In this document: positions 1 through 9,005 of the stretch, piece after piece
Layout of the letters: each line of letters opens with the position of its first letter
Position numbering within the stretch: position 1 is the stretch's first letter
Virus record (IMG/VR): IMGVR_UViG_3300031414_000019
Location: 52,824 to 72,823 of that record
Source: an uncultured virus (IMG/VR IMGVR_UViG_3300031414_000019)
Taxonomy: Duplodnaviria; Heunggongvirae; Uroviricota; Caudoviricetes
DNA length: 20,000 nucleotides
Reading direction: 5' to 3' (one strand)
Made by a program: the position numbers and the translations under genes
Notes under the pieces: generated by a model
Database searches by the model: none
Told to the model about the DNA's origin: nothing
The model's input: only the letters and a program-made list of their open reading frames with translations

Positions 1-89
1 CACGTTACAACTTCGATATCTACTCAACCGTTGTTTCTTCTGCTACGGCCGTATTTAACGCATTCTCTAAAAAGGCCGGAGGTCAGTAA
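1..89 (+). CDS. 3' end of an upstream CDS (partial), possibly another internal head protein paralog
   Basis: Open frame from nt 3 reads RYNFDIYSTVVSSATAVFNAFSKKAGGQ*; its TAA (87-89) overlaps the next ATG (TAATG coupling). The paralog identity is inferred only from context and the amphipathic helical C-terminus. Confidence 0.6.
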   Translation, partial: RYNFDIYSTVVSSATAVFNAFSKKAGGQ

Positions 90-1318
90 TGTCTAAGAAA
101 AACATGCTCAATATTTCTGTTGAGTCCGTAGGCACCGATAACTACGATCTGGCGTCTGCTGCTGCGCCTACAGCGGTTGTCGTTCCATCTGCACCGGTAG
201 ATCCGGTTGTGCTGCCTGTTGCCCAACCACAGGGTGATGACGTAGCTCGTCTGAAAGCTATCGCTGACGCCATTGATGATGTTGCGGATACATTGGGTGC
301 TCGCGTTGCTCAGGTTGGTATTGCAACTGTCGGTGTTAACACCGTTGTTTCAACCGAAGCAATTAGTCTGGCCTCCATCGGTGCTACCGTGAAGAAATAC
401 GTGATGATGGCTATCGACTTCATCAAACGCTTCGTGGTTGCTGTTATCAATTACGGTGCTCGCTATATCGAGAAGCTTCGCTATAACCGTAAAGAGATGG
501 CCGACCTGCTGCGTGACGTTACCAACTTCATGCGTGCTCGCCGTGGCGATACCTTTACGATTGAAGGTACTTCGGTAACGCTGCTTCAGATCAACGGTGT
601 GGTTCCTGCTGGTCCTGCTGAACTGGCCCGCGCCTTCAATGAATTCCGTCGTGACGTCGATGGTCCGTATATGGACTGGCTGAAAAACGCGACTGGTAAA
701 GTTGAAGAAGTGTCCAACATCATGAACAGTATCTTCAAAGCCGAAAGCCTGTTGAAAGCTGACGCTGGTTTGTTCACTCAGCTGGAGCAGATTAAATGTG
801 CTGCTGCACCTAACGGTTGGAAACGTGACGTAAGCGTTGGATCTGGTCTGTGGTCATACGTGCCTAAGGTACCGACCTGGGGCGGCGTTCGTGTAAATGT
901 CGTAGGTGACGAAACTGTCAATGCTGCTGACGTTAGCGCATCAATGGTTTCTCCGTTCGATGCACCGGACAATGAATCAACCATCACCATCGGCGGTGAC
1001 CTGCTGACTGAATACGCTAAGCTGGGTATGGGTGTGGTTGATCTTCAGGTCAACCTGGCTGGTCCTTACGACGCAGTGCGTCAGTTGTCCAAGCGTATGC
1101 TGGATAACTACACCACCAAATTCGTAGGCGTTGACGATAAAGCGCTGACACCTACTGACCAGCAGACCATTGCTACACGCAACTCTCAGATCAACGATGC
1201 GATGGGTTATCTGTCCTTCGTGATGTCATCTACTGCTAACTACATGTCATACCTGACCGCGCTGCGTGGCGCGATTCAACAGACATTGTCTGCGGTGATT
1301 GAGCCACCTGTGGCATAA
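89..1318 (+). CDS. phiKZ-like internal head (virion) protein with cleavable propeptide
   Basis: 409 aa; GGAGG RBS at 78-82. S-x-E motifs (NISVES, VSTEA) are followed by the amphipathic helix IGATVKKYVMMAIDFIKRFVVAVINY typical of phiKZ/SPN3US inner-head paralog families. Ala/Pro/Val-rich propeptide; codon usage suggests high expression. Confidence 0.75.
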   Translation: MSKKNMLNISVESVGTDNYDLASAAAPTAVVVPSAPVDPVVLPVAQPQGDDVARLKAIADAIDDVADTLGARVAQVGIATVGVNTVVSTEAISLASIGATVKKYVMMAIDFIKRFVVAVINYGARYIEKLRYNRKEMADLLRDVTNFMRARRGDTFTIEGTSVTLLQINGVVPAGPAELARAFNEFRRDVDGPYMDWLKNATGKVEEVSNIMNSIFKAESLLKADAGLFTQLEQIKCAAAPNGWKRDVSVGSGLWSYVPKVPTWGGVRVNVVGDETVNAADVSASMVSPFDAPDNESTITIGGDLLTEYAKLGMGVVDLQVNLAGPYDAVRQLSKRMLDNYTTKFVGVDDKALTPTDQQTIATRNSQINDAMGYLSFVMSSTANYMSYLTALRGAIQQTLSAVIEPPVA

Positions 1319-1322
1319 AACT

Positions 1323-1349
1323 AGAGGGGTCCAAGTGACCCCTCTTTTT
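1323..1349 (+). terminator. Rho-independent terminator
   Basis: Stem AGAGGGGTC (1323-1331), loop CAAGT, GACCCCTCT (1337-1345), then TTTT, immediately after the stop codon. Confidence 0.85.
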
Positions 1350-1365
1350 ATTCTGGAGCTTTAGT

Positions 1366-2718
1366 ATGGATGGTTTAGAAAACCGCTCAGCAGAGCTAGA
1401 CGTGCCGCCGGGAGTTACCCCAACCGATCCAGCCAATTTGGTTACGGATAACACCCAGGGTCTCGATGATTCCATTGAAGATCCAATTGTGCGTGTGGAT
1501 ACCTCTGCATACGACTTGCGTGATTTAAATAATCGACTTGATCGTGAATTGGTGGCAGCACAAGAAATGCTGACCCGTTATTTCGCACTGGAGTCGTGGG
1601 CTACTGTAGTCGATAACTACGGTGGACCTTTAACCCCAGATATGCAGATTGGCACTGAGCTTCTGCTCGGTCTTACCACACAACGAGCCAACGTTAAAAG
1701 CGAAGATATCATCCCGTCGCTTGAGTCGTTCTCCGACGGTAAGGGTGTGGCTGGCGCTCTGCGTGCGTATGCCAAGAAACTCTTAGACGGATTGATTCGT
1801 TTGAGTAAGAAGATCACTGAGATCTTTGATAAAATCTACGAGATCCTCACCTCACGGTGTCGTGGGTCACGCCTTCAGATTGCAGCAATTAAAATTAAGA
1901 TGGGCATCGCTAAAGGCGGTCGTCTTAAGCAGCGTCGTATCGGTATGGGTCGCTATAGTCGCTTCTTGGCTGTGCGTGGCATTCCGACACAGACACCGGG
2001 TGAGATTTATGCTGGACTTGGTGCAATCGGTAAGTTGGCAGACGATGCGATCGTGTCCCACTTAGCCGGCTTATTATGGGTGGCCGATGAAGTCACGAAG
2101 ATCACCAACTCAGATAGCTTCCCTAACCCTCGCGCCACTGAAGCACGATTGACCCGTGCCTTCGCCGAGCTGGGTAAAACGTCACTAGCATCCGACTGCA
2201 CTCGTCAGGTTGGAAGTGACCCACGCTTCCAAAGTAAAGGTTACGTAACGACGGCGTCTGAGAACTTAATGGGCAACCGTACGTTATATCTTACTAAACC
2301 GCGAGATGGTAGTGAGATAGCGGACACGTTTGGTACAGTAAACTTCGAATTCACACAGACTCGTTTGGGTGATGAAGATTACGAAGCGAAAGCTGGCGCT
2401 ACGATCGAAACATGCGATCTGGCAATGTGTCGTCGTCTGTTAGAGTTGTGTGAAAAATATGTCGGTGTCATAGAACGGTTTGATACCAGTGATCCGGCGA
2501 AGAGACTTGTCTCCTCTATGGGTAAGATTCACACAGCCGTAGCCGAGCGCGCTAAGCGTGGGGGCTTAGATTCAATTAATGCCGAATTGCTTTATTCAGC
2601 ATCAGTTGCTTTCTCAGCTGCTGCCACCTCACCTATCCGAGATATCATGGGACATCTGGCAACCGCCATTGATGCTACCCTCGATGTCGTCGACCGTTCG
2701 CTTTCAGCGTACGATTAA
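1366..2718 (+). CDS. phiKZ-like internal head (virion) protein paralog
   Basis: 450 aa; GGAG RBS. Acidic N-terminal propeptide with FALES and IIPSLESF protease-type sites, followed by the helix ALRAYAKKLLDGLIRLSKKITEIFDKIYE; same architecture as the preceding gene. Confidence 0.75.
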   Translation: MDGLENRSAELDVPPGVTPTDPANLVTDNTQGLDDSIEDPIVRVDTSAYDLRDLNNRLDRELVAAQEMLTRYFALESWATVVDNYGGPLTPDMQIGTELLLGLTTQRANVKSEDIIPSLESFSDGKGVAGALRAYAKKLLDGLIRLSKKITEIFDKIYEILTSRCRGSRLQIAAIKIKMGIAKGGRLKQRRIGMGRYSRFLAVRGIPTQTPGEIYAGLGAIGKLADDAIVSHLAGLLWVADEVTKITNSDSFPNPRATEARLTRAFAELGKTSLASDCTRQVGSDPRFQSKGYVTTASENLMGNRTLYLTKPRDGSEIADTFGTVNFEFTQTRLGDEDYEAKAGATIETCDLAMCRRLLELCEKYVGVIERFDTSDPAKRLVSSMGKIHTAVAERAKRGGLDSINAELLYSASVAFSAAATSPIRDIMGHLATAIDATLDVVDRSLSAYD

Positions 2719-2741
2719 AATTTACACACTGGGGTAAAGCT

Positions 2742-3131
2742 ATGATTGATTACGAAGACCTGAAAGATCCAGGTTATAAAACTGTTACTGTCCAGGGTAT
2801 TGAACCGGAGTACGACCCTAATCACTTACCCGATGACCCAGTCAACGTAGCGGTTTCTACGTTTGTCTTTAGTGGTCTGGGTGACGATGGCTCACAGCGT
2901 GTCAAGCTTAACATCCAAACGGGTGAGTTTGCACAGGCCGGCTTTACAGGTATTCCGCCGGAAGCTGTCTTGTTAGCAATGCTGGAGCACTACAAGGGTC
3001 TGCAAGATTCTACCCTTCGCTGCAATGAGTTCCGCATGGTGGTTGATCAACTCACCGATGCAATTTCAGCACTGAAGAGCCGCAACGATCTGCGTAATTA
3101 CAAAGGTACGTACGGCACCACTAATCCGTAA
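2742..3131 (+). CDS. tad1: Tad1-family anti-defence nucleotide-signal sponge homolog (diverged)
   Basis: 129 aa. IQTG..AGFTGIPPEAVL..LEHYKGLQ..LRCNEF....L.DAI..LKSRNDLRNYKGTYGT aligns with the recalled Tad1 pattern FQxG..xGVNGITNEALL..DRLxxFQ..FxCREN....LEEALMWLxxRxxDRxxRGVEGT. Confidence 0.75.
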   Translation: MIDYEDLKDPGYKTVTVQGIEPEYDPNHLPDDPVNVAVSTFVFSGLGDDGSQRVKLNIQTGEFAQAGFTGIPPEAVLLAMLEHYKGLQDSTLRCNEFRMVVDQLTDAISALKSRNDLRNYKGTYGTTNP

Positions 3132-3149
3132 AACCCAAAGAGAGAACCT

Positions 3150-3992
3150 ATGCGTTTACAATCCCATGAAGTTAAAGTACTCAATGAAGTCGAAGCTAAA
3201 GAATCAGGCGTTGTTGATTTCGAGCTGTCTCGCGGTGATTCCACTATTTCTCTGCGTGTGGTTAATGATTTCAGCGCGGCTGTGGATAGCGTCGTGGGCG
3301 TAGTGAGCGTCGGTACTCTGATTGATGTCCTGCATCGCACTCTGCGTCTGGGCTTCCCTGTTCCCGCTACACACGCGCCTGCGTGGCGTGCTATTATTCA
3401 GAACGTCAACAACTGTAAAGAAGCGCACAACTTCAGTCAGGTTCAGGCTAACATCGAAACTGCTGAAATCGGCAAATACGACGTAGAGTTCCACATCACC
3501 AACTCTACCCCGTCACTCGATGTTGCGCAATCGCCTAAAACCGTTCGTGTAAGTGGCGACGCGTTGACCATTGATAGCTATCGTGAGCTGAGCAATCGTC
3601 TGCAACAGTATCGTCATACTCTGACGATGAACGACAACGTGCTGGAAGTTCACATGTGGGTTTCTGAAACTACCTACGGCATGGCGCAGGAACTGACTAA
3701 AGCACTGACCACGCAAGATGGTGTTTATACCATCGTAATCCGCAATGGCGAAAAGTGTGTTTACGCGCCAGTAGTTCCAACCTTCCTGGTGAGTGACTCT
3801 GGTAAGCTGATGTCTCAGATTGAGAAATCAACTAATGTCACACCTTACCCGCCAGTAAACTTCATCAGTGATCGTATTGTTTCCGTTAACGCTGAACACG
3901 ATTTCGATGCACTGAACAACGGCGTGTATCTCGCACTGACCGCGCTTGAAGCGGAGTATGAAGCTGGCAACGTAGTTGTCGAAGGCGAATAA
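3150..3992 (+). CDS. hypothetical protein
   Basis: 280 aa ORF with purine-rich leader (AAGAGAGA), strongly biased codons and a downstream hairpin; no recognised motif. Confidence 0.85.
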   Translation: MRLQSHEVKVLNEVEAKESGVVDFELSRGDSTISLRVVNDFSAAVDSVVGVVSVGTLIDVLHRTLRLGFPVPATHAPAWRAIIQNVNNCKEAHNFSQVQANIETAEIGKYDVEFHITNSTPSLDVAQSPKTVRVSGDALTIDSYRELSNRLQQYRHTLTMNDNVLEVHMWVSETTYGMAQELTKALTTQDGVYTIVIRNGEKCVYAPVVPTFLVSDSGKLMSQIEKSTNVTPYPPVNFISDRIVSVNAEHDFDALNNGVYLALTALEAEYEAGNVVVEGE

Positions 3993-4010
3993 AACGTAGC
4001 ATGCTGATGC

Positions 4011-4046
4011 CCTCTAGAGAGCCTTGTGCTCTCTAGAGGCTTCTAT
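4011..4046 (+). terminator. terminator-like hairpin
   Basis: 12-bp perfect stem CCTCTAGAGAGC (4011-4022), loop CTTGT, GCTCTCTAGAGG (4028-4039); weak U-tract (CTTCTAT). Confidence 0.7.
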
Positions 4047-4101
4047 GCCGTCAGTCCGATAATATGACAAGTACCTACTTTATTCATGCGAGGGCACTAC
4101 T

Positions 4102-5646
4102 ATGCCTGCTGTAGTTAAAACAATCGCTGAGACCACACAGGCAATCACCAGGCCAGTGGTTATCGGGGCGATAGATATCCTGAAGCAATATACCGGTATC
4201 AAGAGCAACGTGGAGGTTCAGGTCTTTACCAACTCCAATGCCGCTGCTCTACCGGGAACGCAGATTAACACCGGTTCAGGTGATGACCGTCGGTTTGATG
4301 CCCATGAGAAAATCAAAGCAGATTACACCGAAGAGTACGACGATACCGATGCGTTAACCGCCACAACCAACTGGCGTGATAACGTTCCTATCTTCCTGGA
4401 CGAACCCCTGCAAATCTTTCTTCGTCCCATCTACGTAAAAGCTAAGGTCGATTTACGTATTGAGTATCGCTTTAGTAATGAAGCCGCTGCTCAGCGATGG
4501 TTGGCAGATATCCGTACGTATGTCAGTATGGAACGCGCTGAGCTACCGATGGAGCTACAGTACAGTTACCAGATCCCTCCCGCACAGCTAGTCATCCTTG
4601 CGCATCTCCACGAGTTGCGTGAGAACGTCGCTGGGTATGGTCAGACGTTTACTGAGTACCTTCGTGAAAAGTTTGACGATCGTGTTACGGTTGAGAAAAC
4701 CAATGGCGAGAAAGGGCATCAGTTTAGCGTGCAGGAACGACAGGGTGGAATTGTTGGCTGGTTCGACTTTACCATGCCTCCACAACCTGAACGCAACGAC
4801 TCCAATGGGACATGGATAGCGCAGTTCGGCTTCACCTTCGTTTACGACAAGCCTATCTCGATGATGTTTAACTATCCGGTTATGATACACAACCAGATTG
4901 TTGACGCGCGTTATCGTAAAGACCCAACGCCATATACACTTACCGAGAAACGACTGATGAATATTTCTCGTCGTGCGTACGAGAAACTTCCATTTACTCG
5001 ACCTCGTGAATGGCAACATCCGATTGGTGGTATTGTTGTTCCGAGCTATGACGACTGGGCACCAGGGGATTTCGATCGTTCGACAACAAGTGTCTTTACC
5101 ACCATTGTCATGGTCGATAGTGACGACCCGTATCAGATTGCAAACCTTCAGGACTTAGGTCGCTGGGAGATCAACCCGGTATTGCTTGAGTGGATCAAAG
5201 AGAACAAGAAGAGCATGTTTAAAACAAGCATGTCTCCATTCGTTATCGAGTTTTACTCAGAGAACTCCCGTTGGACACCAGAAGCATTGTACCTGGACGA
5301 ATCCCTTAACCTGCGCTCTGTAACGCCTCTCAGTGAACGTCAACGTCACCACCTGAGATTTGCTATGGTCTCTGATCTATCTGCCCTCTCAGAGCCGTAC
5401 GCTCGCAAATTGCGTGAGACTGGTAAGGTTTGCCTGGAAGTATTAAAGATTGTCGATCCAAGTCTCGAAGCCAGGGGATACCTTCCTCGCCTTCGTGGTG
5501 GGAAGATGGTTGCTCCGTTGGATTGGTCTAAGGCGTTGAGTGCAATTGGCACTACTGACCCGACCTGGAAGACCCGACCTGAGTATCGCCGTATGACAGT
5601 CGGACAGTTTATCTTCTACACTGGAGATCCAAATGCCAACATTTGA
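4102..5646 (+). CDS. conserved phiKZ-like virion structural (probable baseplate) protein
   Basis: 514 aa; GAGGG RBS. Motifs ITRPVV, PIFLD, FSVQERQ..IVGWFDF, YPVMIHNQ and PSYDDW resemble conserved jumbo-phage structural proteins (SPN3US gp61-like, recalled from memory). Confidence 0.65.
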   Translation: MPAVVKTIAETTQAITRPVVIGAIDILKQYTGIKSNVEVQVFTNSNAAALPGTQINTGSGDDRRFDAHEKIKADYTEEYDDTDALTATTNWRDNVPIFLDEPLQIFLRPIYVKAKVDLRIEYRFSNEAAAQRWLADIRTYVSMERAELPMELQYSYQIPPAQLVILAHLHELRENVAGYGQTFTEYLREKFDDRVTVEKTNGEKGHQFSVQERQGGIVGWFDFTMPPQPERNDSNGTWIAQFGFTFVYDKPISMMFNYPVMIHNQIVDARYRKDPTPYTLTEKRLMNISRRAYEKLPFTRPREWQHPIGGIVVPSYDDWAPGDFDRSTTSVFTTIVMVDSDDPYQIANLQDLGRWEINPVLLEWIKENKKSMFKTSMSPFVIEFYSENSRWTPEALYLDESLNLRSVTPLSERQRHHLRFAMVSDLSALSEPYARKLRETGKVCLEVLKIVDPSLEARGYLPRLRGGKMVAPLDWSKALSAIGTTDPTWKTRPEYRRMTVGQFIFYTGDPNANI

Positions 5647-7027
5647 TGAAGACTACAGCGGGAAGCCAAAACCCGTTGTACCTAAACCTCAGACGAAACC
5701 CAACCCTAAGCCGCTCAGTAAGCCGTATCAGGATATTAAGGTCGACTCTCGCCTGTTTCCGAAGTCAGCCATCATTGCGCACATTGAAGGTTCGCAGTGG
5801 TACCCTGAACGATACTACAGCCAGATCTTAGCCGGTGGAAACAACCCGGTTCCGTTTAGCATCGACCTACCTGCGGTATCTCAACAGTATAACCGTATTG
5901 ACCGGTTGGAGTTCCGCGTGCAGGAGCCGCTGTCTAACAGCTTCCGCAACGGCGAGAATGAATTCGAGGTTCGTGGTTCATCTGTAATCTACGCCGGGAT
6001 AGTTCCGAACGTACACGATCTGTTCCTTGTTGATATCGGCGATGGGAAAATGGGTCGCTTCGAGATCACTGAGGTCACGCCTAAGTCTTACTTACAGGCC
6101 GCTGTCTATGAGGTCTCCTATAAACTCATCGACTATTTAACGCCGGCCGTCTCTGCCAACTTAGAGACCAAGACCAACGAAGTAAGTCGCTACGTCCGTG
6201 ATCAGTATCTGGCCGGCCGCCGTGGCGTGTTGTTGGAACAGGAGTATACGCAGTACGAAGAGATGAAACGTCTCCTCGCTACGCTGCCGGGTGAGTACTA
6301 TCGTGAGTTCTACTCTCGTGAGTTTCACACCCTTCTGATCCCGTCGCAGTCTGAAGCCATCTACGATTCTTTTGTTGTAGCGTTCCTGAAAAGAATCCTG
6401 GATGTTTCTGACCACAGCTGGCTTGCTAATATCCATGAGTTGAATGTTGACTTGGGTTTCAACGATAACATCACCACGCTGTTTGATGCTGCATTAAACA
6501 GTGATGAGACTATCCTCGATCGTTGTTACTCGAACATCCAACCTGTCGACTCTAGCTATTTCCGCACCCAGGCCCTCTATGCAAACATTGCGTTTAGCGG
6601 CATTGAAACCACGATGTATCCCGTTGGGATCAAAGTGAACCAGGGTGCGTGGGAAAGTACGGTGGCGTCCAAGTTCAAACTGAACCTGGGTCCTAACGTG
6701 CAGCTGAACCGCAAGGTCTCCATGGATGAAGCATTTAGCCGAACCAAGATGGACGAAGTTCCTGGTACACTGGGCGGATCTACTGAGTGGATTTCTGATG
6801 AGATTATCAAAGAGAGTTACATTTTCTCTAAGGCATTCTATCAGAACCTGGACAGTCAGTCTGCGCTGGAACAGATGTTCCGTTCTGCGGTGCGTGGTAA
6901 GTTCTGTGATTCAGCGATGATCATTAAAGCATGCAACGATCGTGTATTGTGGACATCCACAACGCGTTTCTATTACATGCCTATTCTGTTCTATATCCTG
7001 CGGGTTGCATTAATCAACGTGAGTTAA
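5633..7027 (+). CDS. conserved phiKZ-like virion structural (probable baseplate) protein
   Basis: 464 aa, overlapping the previous stop, GGAG RBS. Motifs HIEGSQW..YYSQ, QQYNRI, PNVHDLFLVDIGDG, YEVSY and FYYMPIL match the recalled SPN3US gp62-like family. Pro/Lys-rich N-terminus. Confidence 0.65.
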   Translation: MPTFDEDYSGKPKPVVPKPQTKPNPKPLSKPYQDIKVDSRLFPKSAIIAHIEGSQWYPERYYSQILAGGNNPVPFSIDLPAVSQQYNRIDRLEFRVQEPLSNSFRNGENEFEVRGSSVIYAGIVPNVHDLFLVDIGDGKMGRFEITEVTPKSYLQAAVYEVSYKLIDYLTPAVSANLETKTNEVSRYVRDQYLAGRRGVLLEQEYTQYEEMKRLLATLPGEYYREFYSREFHTLLIPSQSEAIYDSFVVAFLKRILDVSDHSWLANIHELNVDLGFNDNITTLFDAALNSDETILDRCYSNIQPVDSSYFRTQALYANIAFSGIETTMYPVGIKVNQGAWESTVASKFKLNLGPNVQLNRKVSMDEAFSRTKMDEVPGTLGGSTEWISDEIIKESYIFSKAFYQNLDSQSALEQMFRSAVRGKFCDSAMIIKACNDRVLWTSTTRFYYMPILFYILRVALINVS

Positions 7028-7031
7028 GTCT

Positions 7032-7625
7032 ATGAATGTCGATAGAGAGTCAACAGGCTATAAACTGTTTAAGCAGATCTTTCATTGCAGGGTAAAGGCC
7101 AAGCACTTAATCGACGTTAAGGAAGCGGCTGAATTTGGCTTACCTAGCACTGGGGATGACCAGTATGACGCTGAGTTGGGTGAGGTGTGGAATGATATTT
7201 ATATTCCCACCTCCGATATCGCAGAGTTGATCAACGATGGCGCTGATGTCATCATCGTGTCGCTAGAGGACGCGGCCAAGATCTACGAACTGATACAGGC
7301 ACATCTCGAATGGTGGGAAGACCAGTTCCGTTCTAGCTTCTATTTCAAACCAGATCGGTTGAAGCGGGTTAAACGCGATATCGAACTGTTGAGTCGTGTT
7401 GCAGGCGGGTTATTCCCAATGGTTGAAACGTACGTGCGCAAAGAGGACAAACACCTCACCGCTCGTGACGATTCTATCATGCCGTTCATTCCAGAAGGGG
7501 ATACCTACACCCTCGACCAGACAGACCTGGGTCGTTACGATCCAAGTATTGTTAAGGAACACCGAAGCCTCGACGACATCATCGATACTAAGGTGTTGGA
7601 TCGCGTAAGAATCTGGGAGCGTTAA
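7032..7625 (+). CDS. conserved jumbo-phage hypothetical protein
   Basis: 197 aa in tight operon spacing. Motifs FGLPSTGD..YD and KIYELIQAHLEWW are recalled from phiKZ-like genes lying just upstream of the baseplate hub gene. Confidence 0.7.
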   Translation: MNVDRESTGYKLFKQIFHCRVKAKHLIDVKEAAEFGLPSTGDDQYDAELGEVWNDIYIPTSDIAELINDGADVIIVSLEDAAKIYELIQAHLEWWEDQFRSSFYFKPDRLKRVKRDIELLSRVAGGLFPMVETYVRKEDKHLTARDDSIMPFIPEGDTYTLDQTDLGRYDPSIVKEHRSLDDIIDTKVLDRVRIWER

Positions 7626-7626
7626 C

Positions 7627-8997
7627 ATGCGAATAGAAGGTACCGCACTTTACGCTGACATTGCGATGATCATGGAAGATAAATCGCAACCTACCCACTT
7701 TCGGTTCGACATCTTTGTACGTGGCGGTGGCCAACAAGTCATCGCCATGAAAATGGTGTCGTTGGATGAGCAGCGCGATTATCGGTCAAGCTACGGTGAC
7801 AACACAACGTTAATAGCGTTATTTGTAGAGAGCGATTACGATGCAGTTATCCTCCCTAACGCTAAAGACCTGGAAGTGATGATCACCAAAACTCGAGTGG
7901 GGCGTCCTACCTCTCGCAATGCTGACCAATCGTTCAATGCCGTAACGTATCGCTATAAAGCGACGTTGGTAGACGTCACGGTGCCTGAGGTCGGTGAAGC
8001 TAACTTGAATAGCTACGATAAAAGTAATGCCATGCGTAGCGTTACATTCCAGTTAATCGACCGGGCGCTGTACCAATTGCGACTGACAACAGTAGGTGGT
8101 ATTTTCAGGGCAACCACAGCTGGTGATGTCTTGAACACCTTGTTAACCGCAAAATCTCAGAACCTTGAGATTGACGAGGCTGTAAAACCACTCGGTGTTG
8201 AGATGGTTATTCCGGATACCGCACTAAAGGCAGACGGAAAGCCAAACCTCAGAGAGCATGTCATTGTGAAGAGCGGGTTACCTCTCTTTGACTTGGCGGG
8301 TTACTTGCAAAAGCACTGCGGTGGTATTTACAACAACGGGATCGGTTGTTATTACACAAATCGCATCTGGTATACGTACCCACTCTACGATAACTCCAGG
8401 TTCGATAAGTCACCAAGGACGCTGACTATTATTCGTGTTCCGGCCGACGCCATGCCCGATGTCGACCATAGCTACACGATGTTAGGAAACCATCTCTTTG
8501 TGTTAGCGACAGATGAAGCTATCTCCGTTGACCAAACAGACCATCATCAGTTAAATAGTGGTAATGCTAAGGTATTCCCCACCGCCACTGGTATAATGGA
8601 TAAATACGTGCCTGTAGACGATTCTGCCGGGTTTTCTTCTGAGAGTGATATCTTGGGCAGGATTTCTGTAGCGGATCGTCCTGATGGCTTAAACAGCGCA
8701 CAGTTTGATGTTTCTCGTGTTACGGATAACACGGCACTGATGATATCCGAGCTAGCGAAGAATACACAACAGCTTATGCAGTTTGGCTGGGGCTATTCCA
8801 ACCCTGCTCTTCTTTACCCTGGGATGCCAACCAGAGTGCTATACAACAAAGGTGGCGTAATCGAAACTTTACAAGGTACGCTCGTGGGGGGCGATAGCTT
8901 TACAGAGCTTGCAGCTCCGGGCATGACTACTGTCCACTATCAGACAAAAACCGCCCTGACCGTACTTGTTTCTAAACCGCCGGAGAAACGCGCTTAG
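7627..8997 (+). CDS. virion structural protein, probable baseplate hub (T4 gp27/VgrG-like; phiKZ gp101-like)
   Basis: 456 aa. Motifs RDYRSSYGD, VTFQLID..LYQLRL, YLQKHCGGIYNNGIG.Y...WYTYPLYD and W.YSNP.LLYPGMP resemble the conserved phiKZ-like hub family. The fold assignment is recalled/inferred. Confidence 0.6.
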   Translation: MRIEGTALYADIAMIMEDKSQPTHFRFDIFVRGGGQQVIAMKMVSLDEQRDYRSSYGDNTTLIALFVESDYDAVILPNAKDLEVMITKTRVGRPTSRNADQSFNAVTYRYKATLVDVTVPEVGEANLNSYDKSNAMRSVTFQLIDRALYQLRLTTVGGIFRATTAGDVLNTLLTAKSQNLEIDEAVKPLGVEMVIPDTALKADGKPNLREHVIVKSGLPLFDLAGYLQKHCGGIYNNGIGCYYTNRIWYTYPLYDNSRFDKSPRTLTIIRVPADAMPDVDHSYTMLGNHLFVLATDEAISVDQTDHHQLNSGNAKVFPTATGIMDKYVPVDDSAGFSSESDILGRISVADRPDGLNSAQFDVSRVTDNTALMISELAKNTQQLMQFGWGYSNPALLYPGMPTRVLYNKGGVIETLQGTLVGGDSFTELAAPGMTTVHYQTKTALTVLVSKPPEKRA

Positions 8998-9005
8998 GAG
9001 GTCGT

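Noticed and set aside
4588..5019. 143 aa antisense ORF and the many other 60-113 aa shadow ORFs in the track
   Set aside because: They lie within long, well-supported genes on another frame or strand, and show no motifs or protein-like composition.
5660..5725. PKP/KP-rich low-complexity repeat at the N-terminus of the 464 aa protein
   Set aside because: An imperfect amino-acid-level linker, with no DNA tandem repeat or sign of phase variation.
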